Source: Lentisphaeria bacterium
Lineage (GTDB): Bacteria > Verrucomicrobiota > Lentisphaeria > JABSQK01 > JAWLHB01
Reading direction: 5' to 3'
Assembly: GCA_041690595.1 (NCBI GenBank)
Contig: JAWLHB010000040.1
Location: forward strand, 55,543 to 75,542
Length of the DNA: 20,000 nucleotides
Shown: in pieces, positions 17,454 to 20,000 of the stretch
Layout: every line of letters begins with the position of its first letter
Position numbering within the stretch: the stretch's first letter is position 1
Position numbers and translations under genes: made by a program
Notes under the pieces: model-generated
Database searches by the model: none
What the model saw: only the letters and a program-made list of their open reading frames with translations
Told to the model about the DNA's origin: nothing

Positions 17454-19970
17454 GTGCAACTGAAGGAATACCAGCAAGGCGTGCTCAACAAGCTGGATCG
17501 CTACCTGGCGATCTTGGCAGAGAAGCGGGAGAAGATGGAACTCGCTGCCAAGGCCTTGCGTGATGCCGGCGTTGAAGTGACGCTACCGGATTACTGCGTC
17601 GAGACGTGGAACACGCTCAACGAAGATGGCGCACTGCCGAGCCTCGTTCAGAACGGCCTGCCAATGGCGGCCCCCTATCTGACGAGATTCGACGCGTTGA
17701 AGCGTCCAATCCCGAGTATCTGCCTAAAAGTACCGACTGTTGGCGGCAAGACGCTGTTGGCCACGGCGGCGGTAGAGCGCATTCAGGCCGACTATTTCAA
17801 GCGGCAGACGGGTATGGTGCTTTGGGTTGTGCCCTCGGATGCGATCTACCGGCAGACGTGGAAGCATCTGGCGAACCGAGAGCATCCTTACCGACAGATG
17901 CTGGAACGCGCTTCCGGCGGGCGCGTGAAGATGCTGGAAAAGCTCGACAGCTTCGGCAAGCGGGACGTGGAGGCATCACTCTGTGTGATGCTGCTGATGC
18001 TGCCTTCGGCATCTCGGCAATCGAAAGAGACATTGCGGATGTTCAGGGACAGCGGCAGGTATCCTGACTTCTTCCCAGTGGAGGACGACCATGAAGCAAA
18101 TGTGGCCTTGCTGAAAGCTGTTCCGAATCTGGATGTGAACGACTTGGCGGACATGGGCTATGCCGAAGGTGTGGTGCCTGGTTCGGTGTCAGTAAAGATG
18201 AGCTTGGGCAATGTGCTGCGGCTGGTTCGACCCGTAGTGGTGATCGATGAAGGCCATCGGGCGTACTCCGAGACTGCGCGAGGTACACTCTGCGGTTTCA
18301 ATCCGCGATTCATGCTTGAGCTTTCGGCCACGCCGAATACAGACGCGCGGCATCTGTCGAACGTGCTGGTGAACGTACCGGGTGCCGATCTGAAAGACGA
18401 AGAGATGATCAAGCTGCCAATCGAGGTGACCAACGAAGCGCGTGGCGGCTGGAAACAGACACTGACCGCGGCACATGCCAAACGCGAGGAGCTGGCGAAA
18501 GAGGCGGTGGCGTTTCAGCATGAGACGAATCGTTACATCAGGCCAATCGTGCTTGTACGAGTCGAGAGGACGGGAAAGGAGCAGCGCGATTCGGCTTTTG
18601 TACACGCGGAGGATGCACGAGAGTACCTGCGCGACTCTCTGGGTGTACATGAGGACGAGATCCGGCTCAAAACGTCAGAGAGCGACGAATTGGGGGACGA
18701 GGACCTGCTTGCCGACACGTGTCCGGTGACGTATATCATTACCAAAGACGCCTTGCGTGAGGGTTGGGACTGTCCCTTCGCCTATGTGCTGGCGATCTTG
18801 AGCAAGACGACCGCAAATACTGCATTGACGCAAATGGTCGGGAGGATTCTGCGTCAGCCGCATGCCGCGCTGACCGGACACGAAGCACTGGATTCCTGCT
18901 ATGTGCTTACCTTCGACGTGGAGGTGATGGATGCGGTAAACAGTGTCCGCAAGGGCCTTCAGGAAGAAGGGATGGCGGATATCGCCTCTTATGTGAAGCC
19001 GGTTAACCCGGGAAGCGGGACCCCAAAAAATACACGGCGGGAGACGTTGAGTCGCCGCGACAGGTTCAAGGGTTTGCCACCGATTTTTCTCCCGCGGGTG
19101 CTGGCGAAGGACGAGAAGGAACCCGATGGCTATCGCCCCCTGGATCATGAACGCGATTTGCTGGGTGAGTTGGACTGGGACCAGTTCAACTTTCGCGAGG
19201 CGGGCAACCTTTCACTCGATGAGGAAGGTACGCATAAGCGTACAACGATCAGGGCGACCATCGGCAAGGGAGAGGATGCCGTTCCTTGGGAGATGCAGGA
19301 ACGAACGGTCGATGAAGTACCGACAGAAGGGCTGGACAAGCCCTTCCTCGTGCGGCAGTTGCTCGACACGATTCCGAACCCGTGGCAGGGCATTCGGTTG
19401 CTGGATGAGGCACTTGACGAGTTGAGGAAGGTTGGCGTAGACGAGAAGGTAATCTACGTGAACCGGCTGAACCTTGTCAACGCCATGAAGTCTTCGCTCC
19501 AGCGGCAAGTCAATGCGGCTTCCGAACGGCTCTTCCACGAGAAGCTGAACAGCGGGCGGATTGCTCTAAAGTTGGTGGCTTCGACCAATGCCGACCTGAA
19601 TTGGCATCTTGCGGAGACGTTGGAATTGGAGGTATCCGAGGAAGACCGAGAGTTGTGGCGGCCGGGCGGTAGGATCGAGAAGAACCTGTTCGAGAAGGTG
19701 TATCAGCGCGAGTTCAACGATCTGGAACGGCACACGGCGGTGTATCTCGATTCCAGCGAATCGGTCTACTGGTGGCATCGCATCGCTGTTGGACGAGGCT
19801 CGTATGCTTTGCAGGGCTGGCAACGGAACAGGGTCTATCCCGATATGCTGGCATGTGTGCACGCGGACGCGGAAGGCAGGTACCGCTTCACTGTCCTCGA
19901 AAGTAAGCGTCAAAAATACCCCATGGTGAATATTCGCTTGCTCGTGCGCACAGTATCTCCTGTGACTTGA
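17454..19970 (+). pseudogene. res: Type III R-M Res subunit (SF2 ATPase plus PD-(D/E)xK nuclease), probably disrupted near the 3' end
   Basis: LKEYQ, VPTVGGKT (variant Walker A), IDEGH, LSATP, LREGWDCP, QMVGRILR, YPD...VLE. Sequence from 19903 looks IS-derived, so the last ~21 aa are probably not native. Confidence 0.75.
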
Positions 19971-20000
19971 ACCCCCTACAGGAGATCATGAGGATGAGCA
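19903..20000 (+). mobile_element. Probable IS66-family element, left end with start of its first ORF (ATG at 19988)
   Basis: Starts GTAAGCGTC, the typical IS66 terminus. Res-like sequence stops abruptly here. AGGAG RBS before ATGAGGATGAGC, paired in an inverted repeat. Confidence 0.7.

Larger units (their letters stand above)
13176..20000. mobile_element. Putative tRNA-Thr-anchored genomic/defence island (extends beyond window)
   Basis: Composition shifts right after the tRNA 3' end. The region holds orphan ORFs, an HNH nuclease, Type III R-M and an IS end. No integrase or second att copy is seen in the window. Confidence 0.6.

Overview
GC-rich bacterial chromosomal DNA in two parts. Bases 1-13175 look like core genome: a 5'-truncated membrane/coiled-coil protein with 25 Gln-Gly repeats, an orphan iron-type ABC binding lipoprotein, gltA-panB-panC (minus), ruvA-ruvB-GT2 (plus), an archaeal-type short-chain polyprenyl synthase, an AI-2E transporter, clpB (with a candidate sigma54/IHF/enhancer promoter) and tRNA-Thr(TGT). 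After the tRNA the sequence becomes visibly more AT-rich and looks like a defence island. It holds two small orphan ORFs, an HNH nuclease with a winged-helix-like C-terminus, hairpin-rich intergenic segments and a Type III R-M mod-res operon. The res gene appears doubly damaged: a G->V change in Walker A, and a probable IS66-family insertion at 19903 inside the nuclease (D/E)xK motif. All calls come from reading motifs by eye; no database searches were run.
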